From positions 992,001 to 1,056,000 of the forward strand of contig CBDDCK010000005.1 of assembly GCA_965225855.1 (NCBI GenBank): a DNA stretch of 64,000 bases, read 5' to 3'. Shown piece after piece: positions 32,910 to 42,946 of this stretch. Positions within the stretch are counted from its first letter, which is position 1; the number at the start of each line of letters is the position of its first letter. The notes under the pieces were generated by a model. The model did not search any database and was not told the origin of the DNA. It was given only the letters and a program-made list of their open reading frames with translations. Source of the DNA: Spirochaetia bacterium. GTDB lineage: Bacteria > Spirochaetota > Spirochaetia > SP-2023. The position numbers and the translations under genes are program-made.

Positions 32910-34502
32910 ATGCCCATGATAATCCAAAATATCCCTGTTTTTCTTGAAACCTTTTTTAGCCAGAACTGTAATGAAAATGGCTTTTTTTGGTTGGATAGTG
33001 GCAATGGCGAATATGCGAGAAAACAAGATAACGATAGCTTAGTAGATAGTTTGGCTATGGGTTCTGTGGGTCGTTTTGCTTTTTTTGGTATGATGCCCGA
33101 ACATTCTCTACAATATTTTTCCAGTGGCAAATTGCAAGAACATCAGCTGCCCAAAAAAAATATTTCTTTGGAAAAATATTGTCTGCCATATGAGTCCCTG
33201 CAAAGTTTGGAAAAATGGGCGGGGCAGTATGCTAAGATAGCCCAAAAACTGGCGGTGGACGGAAGCCCAATACCGTTTCAGGCAGGTTTGGTGGGTGGCT
33301 TTACGTATGAATTTGGTTATTACTTACACAATAACTATTTTACTTCCCAATCTTTGCAAACTTTTTGTAGCCAGAGAGAAGAGGAAATTTTATGGCAATT
33401 TTCTGTATATTCTGCGGTGTTGGCTGTAGATTTGCAATTTCAACAGCTCCATCTCTTAGGCTATCCTCATTCTCAAGCTTATCAGTGTCTGCAACAAAAA
33501 ATCGAATGTGCTGTAGAATATTCTCAAAATGTCTCTAAAGATTTTTCTAATCGTGTTACGCAAACCCAATTTCAAACTCAATTTATTTGGGCACTCCACT
33601 GTCAATATGGTTTTACACAGTATCAACAAAAATTCCACAAGGTCAAAAATTATTTGCAACAGGGGGAAATTTATCAGCTTAACTTGAGCCAAAAACTCCA
33701 TTTGTGGCTCAAATCTTCTATTTCTAATCAAATATCGAATGATGTTTTACAAGCGTTATATCTGCGATTGCGCCAGATAAATCCCGTTCCATTTGGTAGC
33801 TTTTGCCGTTTGCCCAATGGGGAAAGTATCCTTTCATTCTCTCCTGAGCGTTTTTTTCGTTTAACTGCAGCTGAAGGTTTGCTAGAGGCCCGCCCCATGA
33901 AGGGGACTCGCTCGCGAATCGATCGGCCAAATACCTACCATGAATTATGTGATAGTAAAAAAGAGCGGGCCGAATTGTTGATGATTACAGATTTACTGCG
34001 CAATGATTTATACCATATTTGCCAGAGCGAAAGCGTACAAGTTATGGGGGGAAGACCTGAGAGTTGGCCATTCTGCATTGAAGCATACCCTTATGTTTGG
34101 CAGCAAACTGCGGTTGTTCAAGGTAAACTGAAAACAAAATTTAGCTTGGATTCATTGACAAAAAGCAAGTTTATTTTGCAGTTGTGGCAAGCTTTGTTCC
34201 CCTGTGGCTCTATTACTGGGGCCCCAAAAATGCGTGCTATGGAATTAATTAGAGAATTAGAAGAAGGCCATCGCCATTGGTATACTGGCAATTGGGGCTA
34301 CATTAATGGCAACGGTAATATGGAATTTAATGTATTGATCCGTAGTTTTTACAGTGCCGAGCAAGGTCTTAATTACCACGTTGGTGGTGGCCTAGTTTGG
34401 GATTCTAAGCCGCTAGCCGAATGGCAAGAACTAAAAGCAAAGAGCCAATTTTTTTTGCAAGAATTAAAGTTACAATTTGCTCTGGATTATGACCGCTCTT
34501 AA
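32910..34502 (+). CDS. pabB: aminodeoxychorismate synthase component I (anthranilate synthase I family)
   Basis: WLDS, GEIYQLNL, SFSPERF, PMKGTR, KERAELLMITDLLRNDL, FPCGSITGAPK. Confidence 0.85.
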   Translation: MPMIIQNIPVFLETFFSQNCNENGFFWLDSGNGEYARKQDNDSLVDSLAMGSVGRFAFFGMMPEHSLQYFSSGKLQEHQLPKKNISLEKYCLPYESLQSLEKWAGQYAKIAQKLAVDGSPIPFQAGLVGGFTYEFGYYLHNNYFTSQSLQTFCSQREEEILWQFSVYSAVLAVDLQFQQLHLLGYPHSQAYQCLQQKIECAVEYSQNVSKDFSNRVTQTQFQTQFIWALHCQYGFTQYQQKFHKVKNYLQQGEIYQLNLSQKLHLWLKSSISNQISNDVLQALYLRLRQINPVPFGSFCRLPNGESILSFSPERFFRLTAAEGLLEARPMKGTRSRIDRPNTYHELCDSKKERAELLMITDLLRNDLYHICQSESVQVMGGRPESWPFCIEAYPYVWQQTAVVQGKLKTKFSLDSLTKSKFILQLWQALFPCGSITGAPKMRAMELIRELEEGHRHWYTGNWGYINGNGNMEFNVLIRSFYSAEQGLNYHVGGGLVWDSKPLAEWQELKAKSQFFLQELKLQFALDYDRS

Positions 34503-35000
34503 CTTGCTTTCCAGCTTTGCCTACATTTCCCAAAGTTCGTGTTTGCAGTACTAGTTCTAAACAGCAGTTCTGGGGCATAGCCATTTTACTAGGCTTGCGT
34601 GATTGAGTCTATCGGACAACACTATGGCATCGGGCTCAATTAACGCTGGTAAAATACCGCAAAAGGTTTATTGGCTAAATAGCCACTACCAAAAATTAAA
34701 GCGGCTTCATAACAAACAGACCACTTGGCCAAATATTGCTCTAGTTGGTGGTGAATTTCTAGGTGTCCCGATAAAAGTCGTGAAGAGGACGCACTACAAC
34801 CATAGTGTTGTATTGCAGAAATATCCGCTTGTTGTAATTGGACATTTTGAGATAAATTCAGGTAATCATTGGCACAAAAGCTCAATAATTATGGCTCTGG
34901 CTTGCCGCGCGCCGCCTTAAAAGTTTCTAAGCTGCGGTATTGTTGCTGCCCATATAACTGCTGTATTATCTTATCCGGTTGCCAATATTTTCTACTCAAG
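34503..35000 (-). pseudogene. bioF: 8-amino-7-oxononanoate synthase remnant
   Basis: SFCANDYLNLS, SSRLLSGH, AALIFGSGYLAN, then frameshifted LSDRLNHASL; internal stops; C-terminal half missing. Confidence 0.75.
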
Positions 35001-35397
35001 TAGAACTTCCGCCTTCTTTGCTGATACAGGACATGATAACTGAACGGGATAGGCGCGATAACTTGGGATTTTTTGGGACAAATGGAAGGTAAAAATTGGC
35101 TTACTTTCCAAAATAAAAAAGTAAAAAAATTTTCATTGCACGAGAAAAAGCCAGAATCCATTTTTAACACCAAACCAGAGAAAAAACGCTCAAAACTTCA
35201 AAAAGCCAAAGCGCCCCCAACCAACACCCCACCCCCCAAGCCTTCACAATAAAAACCAAACCATGCCCTAATTATGTACTTTTGAAAAGTAACAATTATG
35301 GACTAGGTCGGTCCATAGTTATCGACTTGCCTCGTCTATAGCTATGGATTGGTTGCTTTGATGGTTTATAGATTCAACTAATATTCAATGCAAATGA

Positions 35398-35599
35398 ATT
35401 GGCATGGATTTTTAACCCCCAACCAACACTAAAAAACAACACTAACACACAAAAAAAGTACCCAAACAACCCTAACACAAAAAAACTTACAAAAAGCCTT
35501 ATATAGGCCTTGACGCAACACCCCCCCTAGCAAAATGGGGATTTACACACTAGCCCGTATGGGTTGGCCAATCTTTATCCATTTTTGGAGGTATTGCTT
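35398..35599 (+). promoter_or_regulatory. conserved upstream region of lipoprotein paralog 1
   Basis: Shared with 46481-46685; AC-rich tract; TTGACG-CAACA-C7-TAG-CAAAAT; RBS GGAGG. Confidence 0.6.
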
Positions 35600-37405
35600 A
35601 TGTATAAGCTCAAACTATTTTTATTGCCATTAGCCTGGCTACTGGTCTTTATGGCCTTTGCCTGCGCCCCAGCCGATGACGATGCACCATCTTCTGGGCC
35701 GACTATCAATAAGGCCATCTACGACTTTGCTACGGCTATCTTAACCGTACAAGGCACGAACTTAAGTCCTACAGAAGCGCAAATCCAAACCATCGTAGTA
35801 GATGGCGTAGCTTTAGATTCCTATACTGCAGATGCCAAACCCACTGGGCCAGATAGTAGCAATCTGGCAAAAGGTAAGTACCGTATTAAAAGCGATGGCA
35901 CAGCGCTTTGGCTTAGACTTACCGATCCACATAAAGCTACTCTGAATGGCAAGGTGGATAGCAATGGTCTAAAAAAAGGGTTGCTTAGCGTTGGCTCTGG
36001 TGCTTGGGCGGGTTTAAATACACCTAAAGACTTGGACGTTAGGAATATACCCGCAGCCGAACAAGTTGATAATCAATCGCCTAAGCAAACTGAAGACGAA
36101 CAAGCTGAAGAAGAGTCGCCTAAGTTACCCGAAGCCGAACAAACCGAACAAGTTGATGATCAATCGCCTAAGCAAACTGAAGACGAACAAGCTGAAGAAG
36201 AGTCGCCTAAGTTACCCGAAGCCGAACAAACCGAAGAAGTCGATGATCAATCGCCTAAGCAACCTAAAGACGAACAAGTCGAAGAGGAGTCGCTTAAAGC
36301 CGCAATTACCCGTGCAACCTACCATGTTGGCACGGCGCTGTTAACTTTACAAGGTACTGACTTAGGTAGTGCGACCCAAGCCCAAATCCAAACCATCGTG
36401 GTAGATGGCCTAGCCTTAAGTTCCTATATTGCAGATGCCACAGCCACTGGGCTAAATAGTCGTGGTCTGGCAAAAGGTAAGTACCGCATGCATAGCGCTG
36501 GCACAGCGATTTGGCTTTACCTTACCGATACCGATAAAACTACTCTTGAGGCCAAGCCCGGTATGAATACCAATGGTCTAAAAGATGGGTTGCTTAGCGT
36601 TGGCACTGGTGCTTGGGCGGGTTTAGATACAGCCAAAGCCTTGGCCGTTAGTGGACACCCACCCGCAATTACCAGTGCAACCTACAATTCTGGTACAGGC
36701 GTGTTAGTGATTACAGGTACTAATTTACCGTCATCAGTGTGGGGCTGGGACTTCACCAAATTGAGGTTTGTCGCAGGTAATGGTCGTAAGAGTGAACCAT
36801 TATTACCGCACTACATAACCGCCGGTATAAACAGAGCCATAGGTTCTGCAGCAAGTGCAACAAGCTTAACGATTACTTTAAAGGGTAATGAAAAAAATAA
36901 AATCAATGTTATATTGGTTAAGAATGGTGATAGTGATGATGCTGGTGCATACAACCTGGAAGCAGCAGCAGGATTTGCCGGTGGTAGCGCAGCAGACACA
37001 AGCAATAACCCTATTACCGTTAGTGGGTATGTAGTCAGAATCGATGACGCAACCTACTCTGCTAATAACAGCTTGTTACGGATTTTCGGTTTCAATTTAC
37101 CGACAACATTTGCAGAGTGGGACTTTAGCAAATTGACGCTTGTATCCGGTGATGGTAAGAAGAAATACACATTACCCCAGCACGCAACCGCAGGTGAAAA
37201 CACAGCCACAGGTTTTAGGGCATTTGCAAACGTCTTAATAATTACTTTAAGCGGTAGTGTAAAAGCGGAAGCTGAGAAGATATTGGTTAAGAATGGTAAA
37301 AGTGATAATAATGGTGCATACAACCTTGAATTAGCAGCAGGATTTGTAATGGGTAGTCCAGCAGACCTAAACAATGCTATTAAAGTTTCAGGAGTTGTTG
37401 AGTAG
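35600..37405 (+). CDS. surface lipoprotein with repeated beta-rich (Ig-like) domains and acidic repeat linker, paralog 1
   Basis: MYKLK..FMAFAC lipobox; two A-type and two B-type internal domain repeats; paralog at 46686. Confidence 0.8.
   Translation: MYKLKLFLLPLAWLLVFMAFACAPADDDAPSSGPTINKAIYDFATAILTVQGTNLSPTEAQIQTIVVDGVALDSYTADAKPTGPDSSNLAKGKYRIKSDGTALWLRLTDPHKATLNGKVDSNGLKKGLLSVGSGAWAGLNTPKDLDVRNIPAAEQVDNQSPKQTEDEQAEEESPKLPEAEQTEQVDDQSPKQTEDEQAEEESPKLPEAEQTEEVDDQSPKQPKDEQVEEESLKAAITRATYHVGTALLTLQGTDLGSATQAQIQTIVVDGLALSSYIADATATGLNSRGLAKGKYRMHSAGTAIWLYLTDTDKTTLEAKPGMNTNGLKDGLLSVGTGAWAGLDTAKALAVSGHPPAITSATYNSGTGVLVITGTNLPSSVWGWDFTKLRFVAGNGRKSEPLLPHYITAGINRAIGSAASATSLTITLKGNEKNKINVILVKNGDSDDAGAYNLEAAAGFAGGSAADTSNNPITVSGYVVRIDDATYSANNSLLRIFGFNLPTTFAEWDFSKLTLVSGDGKKKYTLPQHATAGENTATGFRAFANVLIITLSGSVKAEAEKILVKNGKSDNNGAYNLELAAGFVMGSPADLNNAIKVSGVVE
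36059..36298 (+). repeat. 87-bp (29-aa) coding tandem repeat, ~2.7 copies
   Basis: EQVDDQSPKQTEDEQAEEESPKLPEAEQT units starting at 36059, 36146 and 36233. Confidence 0.9.
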
Positions 37406-37759
37406 GGTATCGTCGAACCTTCTAAAACTTTGCCCTCTATTATCGGCAATAATTCTGCCTTGAAACCCTACGTGCACCAAAATAAGATTCATCTACCTCG
37501 AAACTACCTTCCTGTAAGGATTCGCTAATATTTATCTCGACTATTTTCTTGCGAATTTTAGCAAAAATAGAATTGATGGTGTTTCGTGAGATTTTTGTGT
37601 AAACTGCGGTTTTGAGGCGGTTTCATCATGAGCAAAGCAAAATAGTAGATAATTTGCCAAAATTTGGCTTCCGAAACGTTTGTGTTTTTACAATATTTAT
37701 TTTTCATTTCCTGAACAAAACTTAGATGCTATTTTTATCATCTATTCTTGTCCAGACCC
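37406..37759 (-). mobile_element. IS1595-family remnant (left end plus degenerate 5' transposase)
   Basis: End GGGTCTGGACAAGAATA; fragments MKNKYCKNTNVSEAKF, EVDESYFGARRV and ELLPIIEGKVLEGSTI. Confidence 0.8.
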
Positions 37760-37821
37760 TATATTTTTTTGTGAATTTACTGAAAAAAATTAGATGAAAT
37801 GTTTAGTAGGATGTTGACTAT

Positions 37822-37840
37822 ATTCTTGATTATCATTTTT
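37822..37840. promoter_or_regulatory. possible Fur-family box upstream of the ABC operon
   Basis: Reverse strand AATGATAATCA matches the core of the Fur consensus. Confidence 0.35.
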
Positions 37841-37895
37841 ATTTAGAATAAAGTAATTGGTTCCAATTATTATTTTTTACTTAGGAGTATTACTT

Positions 37896-39521
37896 ATGTC
37901 ATTTAAACGTAAGTTTCTTGCAATTGCCTTGTGCATTTCATTTTTAGTTATAGGAAGCGTGAATTTCGCTTTTGCTCGTGGGAGCGGTGATGTACAAAAT
38001 GCTAAAAATGAAATCACTTATGTGAATTTTCGGGATTTACGCAATCTAAGCCCCCACCAGTACGGTGGTGAAATGTTTGCACAAAATTTGTTGTACGAAT
38101 CTTTGGTGAAAATCAAAAAAGACGGTAGCTTTGCACCGTGGTTAGCAAAAAGTTGGAGCATATCCGAAGACGGTAAGACCTATGTTTTCAAGTTAAGACA
38201 AGATGTGTATTTTTCTGATGGAGAGAAGTTTAATGCCAAATCGGCAAAGGCCAACTTCGATGCTATTTTGGACAACCATAAACGACACGGTTGGTTAGAA
38301 TCTGTACGGCTTATGATGGCGGTTAAAAATGGAGGCAAAGACCCTATACAAGCTACTGGTAAGTACGAGCTTACGGTGCATTTGGCAGAGCCTTATTATC
38401 CACTTTTAATTGAGTTTGGGGTTACGAGACCTTTTCGTTTTATTTCTCCCAAGGCATTCAAAGATGGTACGACGAAAAATGGTGTTAAAGCGATGATAGG
38501 TACAGGTACTTATGTCCTCAAAAACAACAAAGTTAATGAATATTCGGTTTTTGAACGCAACGACAACTATTGGGGAGCTAAGCCAAAAATTCAAAAAATT
38601 ATCGCCAAAGTGATTCCTGATAGCCAAACGCGATTATTAGCACTACAAAATGGCGAGGTGGATTTGATCTTTGGTTCTAATATGATGGATGCGGCAGCTT
38701 ATAACCGCTTTTCTAAAATGTCTGGATTTAAGGCTTTAAAGTCTCAACCCGTTTCTGCCCGTATGATGTTGCTAAATACAACAGATGAGATTTTGAGTGA
38801 TCTGAAAGTGCGACAAGCCATACAACACGCCACAGATAAACAAAAAATCTCTTTGGGGCTTTTTGATGGTTTGGAGCTACCCGCCGATACCCTTTTTGCC
38901 AAAAATGTACCTTATGCTGATGTGGGGCTAAAACCTTATAATTTTAGCTTTGAGCAGGCGAAAAAACTTTTGGATAGTGCAGGGTGGAAAAAAGTTTCGG
39001 GCAAAAAGTATCGCTACAAAAATGGCAAAGAGCTAAAAATTACGCTAAATTACGATAGCAATAATGTTACAGAAAAAAACGTTGGCGAATTTTTACAAGG
39101 GCAGTATGCGAAAATCGGGATTAATTTGGATATCTTAGGTGAAGAAGAACAAGCTTATGAAGATAGACTGAAAACGGGAAAATTTACCTTTACCTTTAAT
39201 GTCTCTTGGGGTGTGCCTTATGACCCACAATCTTTCTTGGGTGCTATGACGCAAGATGTGTATGGGGACTACAAAGCACAAATAGGACTCAAAAATAAAA
39301 AAGAGTTGGATAAAAATATTTTATCGGCTTTGAAAAGTGTAAGCGAAGAAAAGAGACAAAAACATTATAAATATGTTTTGGAAACTTTGCACAATCAAGC
39401 GGTCTATTTACCTTTGACTTATGATGTCAATAAGGCGATTTTTAATGACAAAGTCAAAGGGGTGGGCTTTAATATCTCTAAGTTTGAAGTGCCTTTTGAA
39501 AAAATGAGTATCGAAGAATAA
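37896..39521 (+). CDS. nikA: nickel/metallophore ABC transporter substrate-binding protein (NikA/CntA-like)
   Basis: Family-5 SBP motifs (YESLV, PWLAKSW, FSDGEKFNA), RPFRF, SWGVPYDPQSF; signal peptide; RBS AGGAG. Confidence 0.8.
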   Translation: MSFKRKFLAIALCISFLVIGSVNFAFARGSGDVQNAKNEITYVNFRDLRNLSPHQYGGEMFAQNLLYESLVKIKKDGSFAPWLAKSWSISEDGKTYVFKLRQDVYFSDGEKFNAKSAKANFDAILDNHKRHGWLESVRLMMAVKNGGKDPIQATGKYELTVHLAEPYYPLLIEFGVTRPFRFISPKAFKDGTTKNGVKAMIGTGTYVLKNNKVNEYSVFERNDNYWGAKPKIQKIIAKVIPDSQTRLLALQNGEVDLIFGSNMMDAAAYNRFSKMSGFKALKSQPVSARMMLLNTTDEILSDLKVRQAIQHATDKQKISLGLFDGLELPADTLFAKNVPYADVGLKPYNFSFEQAKKLLDSAGWKKVSGKKYRYKNGKELKITLNYDSNNVTEKNVGEFLQGQYAKIGINLDILGEEEQAYEDRLKTGKFTFTFNVSWGVPYDPQSFLGAMTQDVYGDYKAQIGLKNKKELDKNILSALKSVSEEKRQKHYKYVLETLHNQAVYLPLTYDVNKAIFNDKVKGVGFNISKFEVPFEKMSIEE

Positions 39522-39565
39522 AAAGCATTCTTAACCTACAAGCTCAAAAATATTGATGAGAGATT

Positions 39566-39594
39566 GTCATCCTCGTGCCAAGCACGAGGATGAC
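39566..39594. repeat. REP-like perfect palindrome
   Basis: GTCATCCTCGTGC-CAA-GCACGAGGATGAC (13-bp stem) between nikA and nikB. Confidence 0.8.
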
Positions 39595-39615
39595 GAAAGG
39601 TTATTGGAGGGACTT

Positions 39616-40560
39616 ATAACAACTTACAGTATTTTTCGTGTGTTACTGGCGATCCCTATCCTTTTTGCGGTAACTTTTGTCGCTTTTGTCTTGACGGCGT
39701 TGATGCCCTCAGACCCAGCCGAAGTCGCTTTAAGAGTCAATGAAGTTATACCGACCCCTGAAGCGGTCGCACAAATGCGTCAAGAGTTGGGATTAGATGA
39801 CCCTTTTTTGATACGCTATTTCAATTGGCTTAGCGATTTGGGGCATTTGGATTTGGGGCATTCGTATATTAATAATGATAGGACAGTCTTCGGCGAAATC
39901 ACAAGGAGCTTGCCCGCAACTTTGACCTTGGCGAGTTTCGCTTTTATTTTGGTCATTGTGATTAGTTTGCCCATTGGCGTTTTGTGTGCTGTGTTTAAAG
40001 ATAGCCTTTTTGATAAAGCGATTCGTTTTATTGTCTTTATTTTGACAGCGATGCCCAACTATTGGATGGGTCTGCTTTTGATATGGCTGTTTGCACTCAA
40101 GTTACAGCTACTCCCTACAAGTGGGGCTACTTCTCTCAAGCACTATATTTTACCAGCTGTTACCCTTAGCCTGAACTATATCGGTATGTATGTACGGCTC
40201 ATTCGCAACAGTATGTTAGATAAAATGAAAGAGGATTTTATCTTTTATACAAGGGCGAGAGGCATTAAAGAGATGAGCGTTATTGTAAAACATCTGCTCA
40301 AAAATTCCTTACAGACCTCGATAAATGCTTTGGGTATGAGTATCGTTTTACTCATTGCAGGGACTTTTGTCATTGAGAGTGTTTTTTCTATTCCGGGCAT
40401 AGGGAGATTGTGCATTTCCTCTATCTTTGATAGGGATTATCCGATGATTCAAGGCTATATCTTAATGATGGGTTTTTTGTTTGTACTGTTTAATTTGGTA
40501 GTGGATATTGTACAAGCTTATCTCGACCCTAGGCTCAGAAGAGGGACAAATAGTGTATAA
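39616..40560 (+). CDS. nikB: ABC permease NikB/DppB-like
   Basis: RQELGLDDP, DLGHSY, ARGI, IESVFSIPGIGRL, RDYP, LDPR; start ambiguous (ATA after RBS, or upstream TTG/ATG). Confidence 0.8.
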   Translation: MTTYSIFRVLLAIPILFAVTFVAFVLTALMPSDPAEVALRVNEVIPTPEAVAQMRQELGLDDPFLIRYFNWLSDLGHLDLGHSYINNDRTVFGEITRSLPATLTLASFAFILVIVISLPIGVLCAVFKDSLFDKAIRFIVFILTAMPNYWMGLLLIWLFALKLQLLPTSGATSLKHYILPAVTLSLNYIGMYVRLIRNSMLDKMKEDFIFYTRARGIKEMSVIVKHLLKNSLQTSINALGMSIVLLIAGTFVIESVFSIPGIGRLCISSIFDRDYPMIQGYILMMGFLFVLFNLVVDIVQAYLDPRLRRGTNSV

Positions 40561-40568
40561 GTTACAGT

Positions 40569-41393
40569 ATGCTAAATAAATTATTCAAAGATAAGGTCGC
40601 TACCTTTTGTCTGTGTGTGATCGTTATCGTTACGGTGATGGGGATATTTCCAGAGTTTTTTGCCACCAGCGATCCTTTAGAGCAAGATATTTTAAACAAA
40701 TACCAGCAACCTTCTTGGCAATACCCTTTAGGTACGGATAAGCTCGGACGCTGTGTCTATTCACGATTGATATTTGGCATTCAAACGACGGTATTTTTAT
40801 CCTTTTTTATTATGCTTTGTACTATCACTATTGGTACGATTGTTGGGATTATGGCAGGATTTTTTCAAGGTATCGTTGATGAGGTCATTATGCGGCTTTG
40901 TGATATTATGCTCTCTTTCCCCTCTCAAGTGATGATTTTGGCGATTGTGGGTGTTTTGGGTGTGGGTATAGAAAATGTCATTATTGCGAGTATTGCCATC
41001 ACTTGGGCTTGGTATGCACGGATGATTCGAGGTATTGTGCTCAAGTATCGTTTTAAAAATTATATGCTCTACTCTACCATCATTGGTTCTAATCGTGGCT
41101 ACATCATACGCAAACACCTACTGCCTAATATATTTGCAGAGGTGGTGGTACTCGCTACGCTTGATATTGGTTGGGTGATTATTGGTATCTCTACGCTTTC
41201 ATTTTTGGGGCTTGGCGTACAAGCACCTACGCCTGAATGGGGTGCTATGCTAAGCGATGCCAAACAGGTTATGGTGGTACATCCTGAGCAAATGTTGCCT
41301 GCGGGATTGGCGATTTTGCTGATGGTCTTTTGTTTTAATTTCATAGGCGATAGTTTGCGGGACATTATGGATCCTAAAGAGAAGCAGGGATAA
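40569..41393 (+). CDS. nikC: ABC permease NikC/DppC-like
   Basis: PLGTDKLGR, KHLLPN, LSFLGLGVQAPTPEWG, GDSLRD. Confidence 0.85.
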   Translation: MLNKLFKDKVATFCLCVIVIVTVMGIFPEFFATSDPLEQDILNKYQQPSWQYPLGTDKLGRCVYSRLIFGIQTTVFLSFFIMLCTITIGTIVGIMAGFFQGIVDEVIMRLCDIMLSFPSQVMILAIVGVLGVGIENVIIASIAITWAWYARMIRGIVLKYRFKNYMLYSTIIGSNRGYIIRKHLLPNIFAEVVVLATLDIGWVIIGISTLSFLGLGVQAPTPEWGAMLSDAKQVMVVHPEQMLPAGLAILLMVFCFNFIGDSLRDIMDPKEKQG

Positions 41394-42220
41394 TGCAAAA
41401 TAGAGATATGATTTTAGAAGTTAAAAATTTAAATCTATATTTTCAAGCACACAAACAAAGCGTGCAGATTTTGCATAATATCTCTTTTGGTATGAAGGCT
41501 AATGCCTGTTTGGGTATCTTGGGTAAATCAGGCAGTGGCAAGAGTATGCTCTATAAGTCGATTATGGGGCTATTAGATGATAATTTTAGCATTACAGGTG
41601 AGGCGGTTTTTCAAGGTCAAGATTTGCTCAAGATGAGTAAAGAGCAAAAACGCCTCATTCGTGGCAATAAAATTACCGTTATTGTACAAAATCCTATGAC
41701 GGCTTTTGACCCCCTCTTTACTTTGGGTAATCAGATTTTATCAACCCTTTTGAGCCACGGTACAAAAAGCCCATCACAAGCCAAAAATGATATGTTGTTG
41801 ATGTTGGATACAATGAACATTCCCAACGCCAAAACGGTTTTGAAAAAATACCCACACGAGCTAAGCGGAGGTATGTTGCAAAGGCTTATGATAGGGGTTG
41901 CGATTTTGCCTCATCCTGTGTTGGTCATTGCCGACGAGCCGACGACGGCTATTGACTCGCTTAATCAAGCACGGGTACTCCAAGAGCTCAAACGATTAAA
42001 AAGTGAATTGGGACTTTGTATGTTGTTCATCAGCCACGATTTACACGCTTTGGCACATATTACCGATGAGATTATTGTGTTAGACAATGGAGCGATTATC
42101 GAAAGCGCCGATACCCAAGCGATACTTCATAATCCACAACAAGCACAAACAAAAGTGTTTGTACAGACGCGACAAAAATTGTTAAAAAAATTTCAACATT
42201 GTAGACAAGGCGGTTTGTAA
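41393..42220 (+). CDS. nikD: ABC ATP-binding protein NikD-like
   Basis: GKSGSGKS, YPHELSGGMLQR, ADEPTTA, ISHD. Confidence 0.85.
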   Translation: MQNRDMILEVKNLNLYFQAHKQSVQILHNISFGMKANACLGILGKSGSGKSMLYKSIMGLLDDNFSITGEAVFQGQDLLKMSKEQKRLIRGNKITVIVQNPMTAFDPLFTLGNQILSTLLSHGTKSPSQAKNDMLLMLDTMNIPNAKTVLKKYPHELSGGMLQRLMIGVAILPHPVLVIADEPTTAIDSLNQARVLQELKRLKSELGLCMLFISHDLHALAHITDEIIVLDNGAIIESADTQAILHNPQQAQTKVFVQTRQKLLKKFQHCRQGGL

Positions 42221-42946
42221 ATGCTATTAGAGGTCAAAGATGTACGCAAAAGCTATACTATCTCTAAGGGTATTTTCAAAAAAAGCCACCAAGAGGTTTT
42301 AAAAGGGGTCTCTTTTGGTATCAAAGCGGGAGAGTGTTTGGGGCTTATTGGCGAATCAGGCAGTGGCAAAAGTACCTTAGGCAGATTGATTTTAGGGCTT
42401 GAAAAGCCAGATAGTGGCGAAATTTATTTCGCCGAAAAATCGATGAGCATTGTGTTTCAAGATTATGTCTCCAGTGTCAATGCCCGATTGAAAGTACGGG
42501 ATATTATCGCTGAACCTCTTTTGCCAAAGCGTTTAAGCAAAAATCAAATGCACACAGAAATTGTAAATTTACTTGAAAAAGTAGGTATGGACGAAAAATT
42601 TATCAATCGATTTCCTCACGAACTAAGCGGGGGACAATTACAACGGGTTTGCATCGCCAAAGCCATTGCGAACAGACCGCAATTTTTGGTCTTAGATGAG
42701 GCGGTGAGTTCTTTGGATATGGCAGTACAGGTGCAGGTTTTGGATTTGCTTTTGGAGCTCAAACAAAGCGAAAAATTATTGTACCTATTCATTACCCACG
42801 ATATTTTAGCTTGTACTTATATTTGTGATAGAATACTCTTTTTCAAAGATGGAGAGGTTTTGGAGCGGGTAGATGATATGCAAAAATTAAATGGGGTTAA
42901 AAGCCCTTATGCCAAACAATTATTAGGAGTATGTGATGACTTATAG
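42221..42946 (+). CDS. nikE: ABC ATP-binding protein NikE-like
   Basis: GESGSGKST, LSGGQLQR, LDEAVSSLD, ITHD. Confidence 0.85.
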   Translation: MLLEVKDVRKSYTISKGIFKKSHQEVLKGVSFGIKAGECLGLIGESGSGKSTLGRLILGLEKPDSGEIYFAEKSMSIVFQDYVSSVNARLKVRDIIAEPLLPKRLSKNQMHTEIVNLLEKVGMDEKFINRFPHELSGGQLQRVCIAKAIANRPQFLVLDEAVSSLDMAVQVQVLDLLLELKQSEKLLYLFITHDILACTYICDRILFFKDGEVLERVDDMQKLNGVKSPYAKQLLGVCDDL

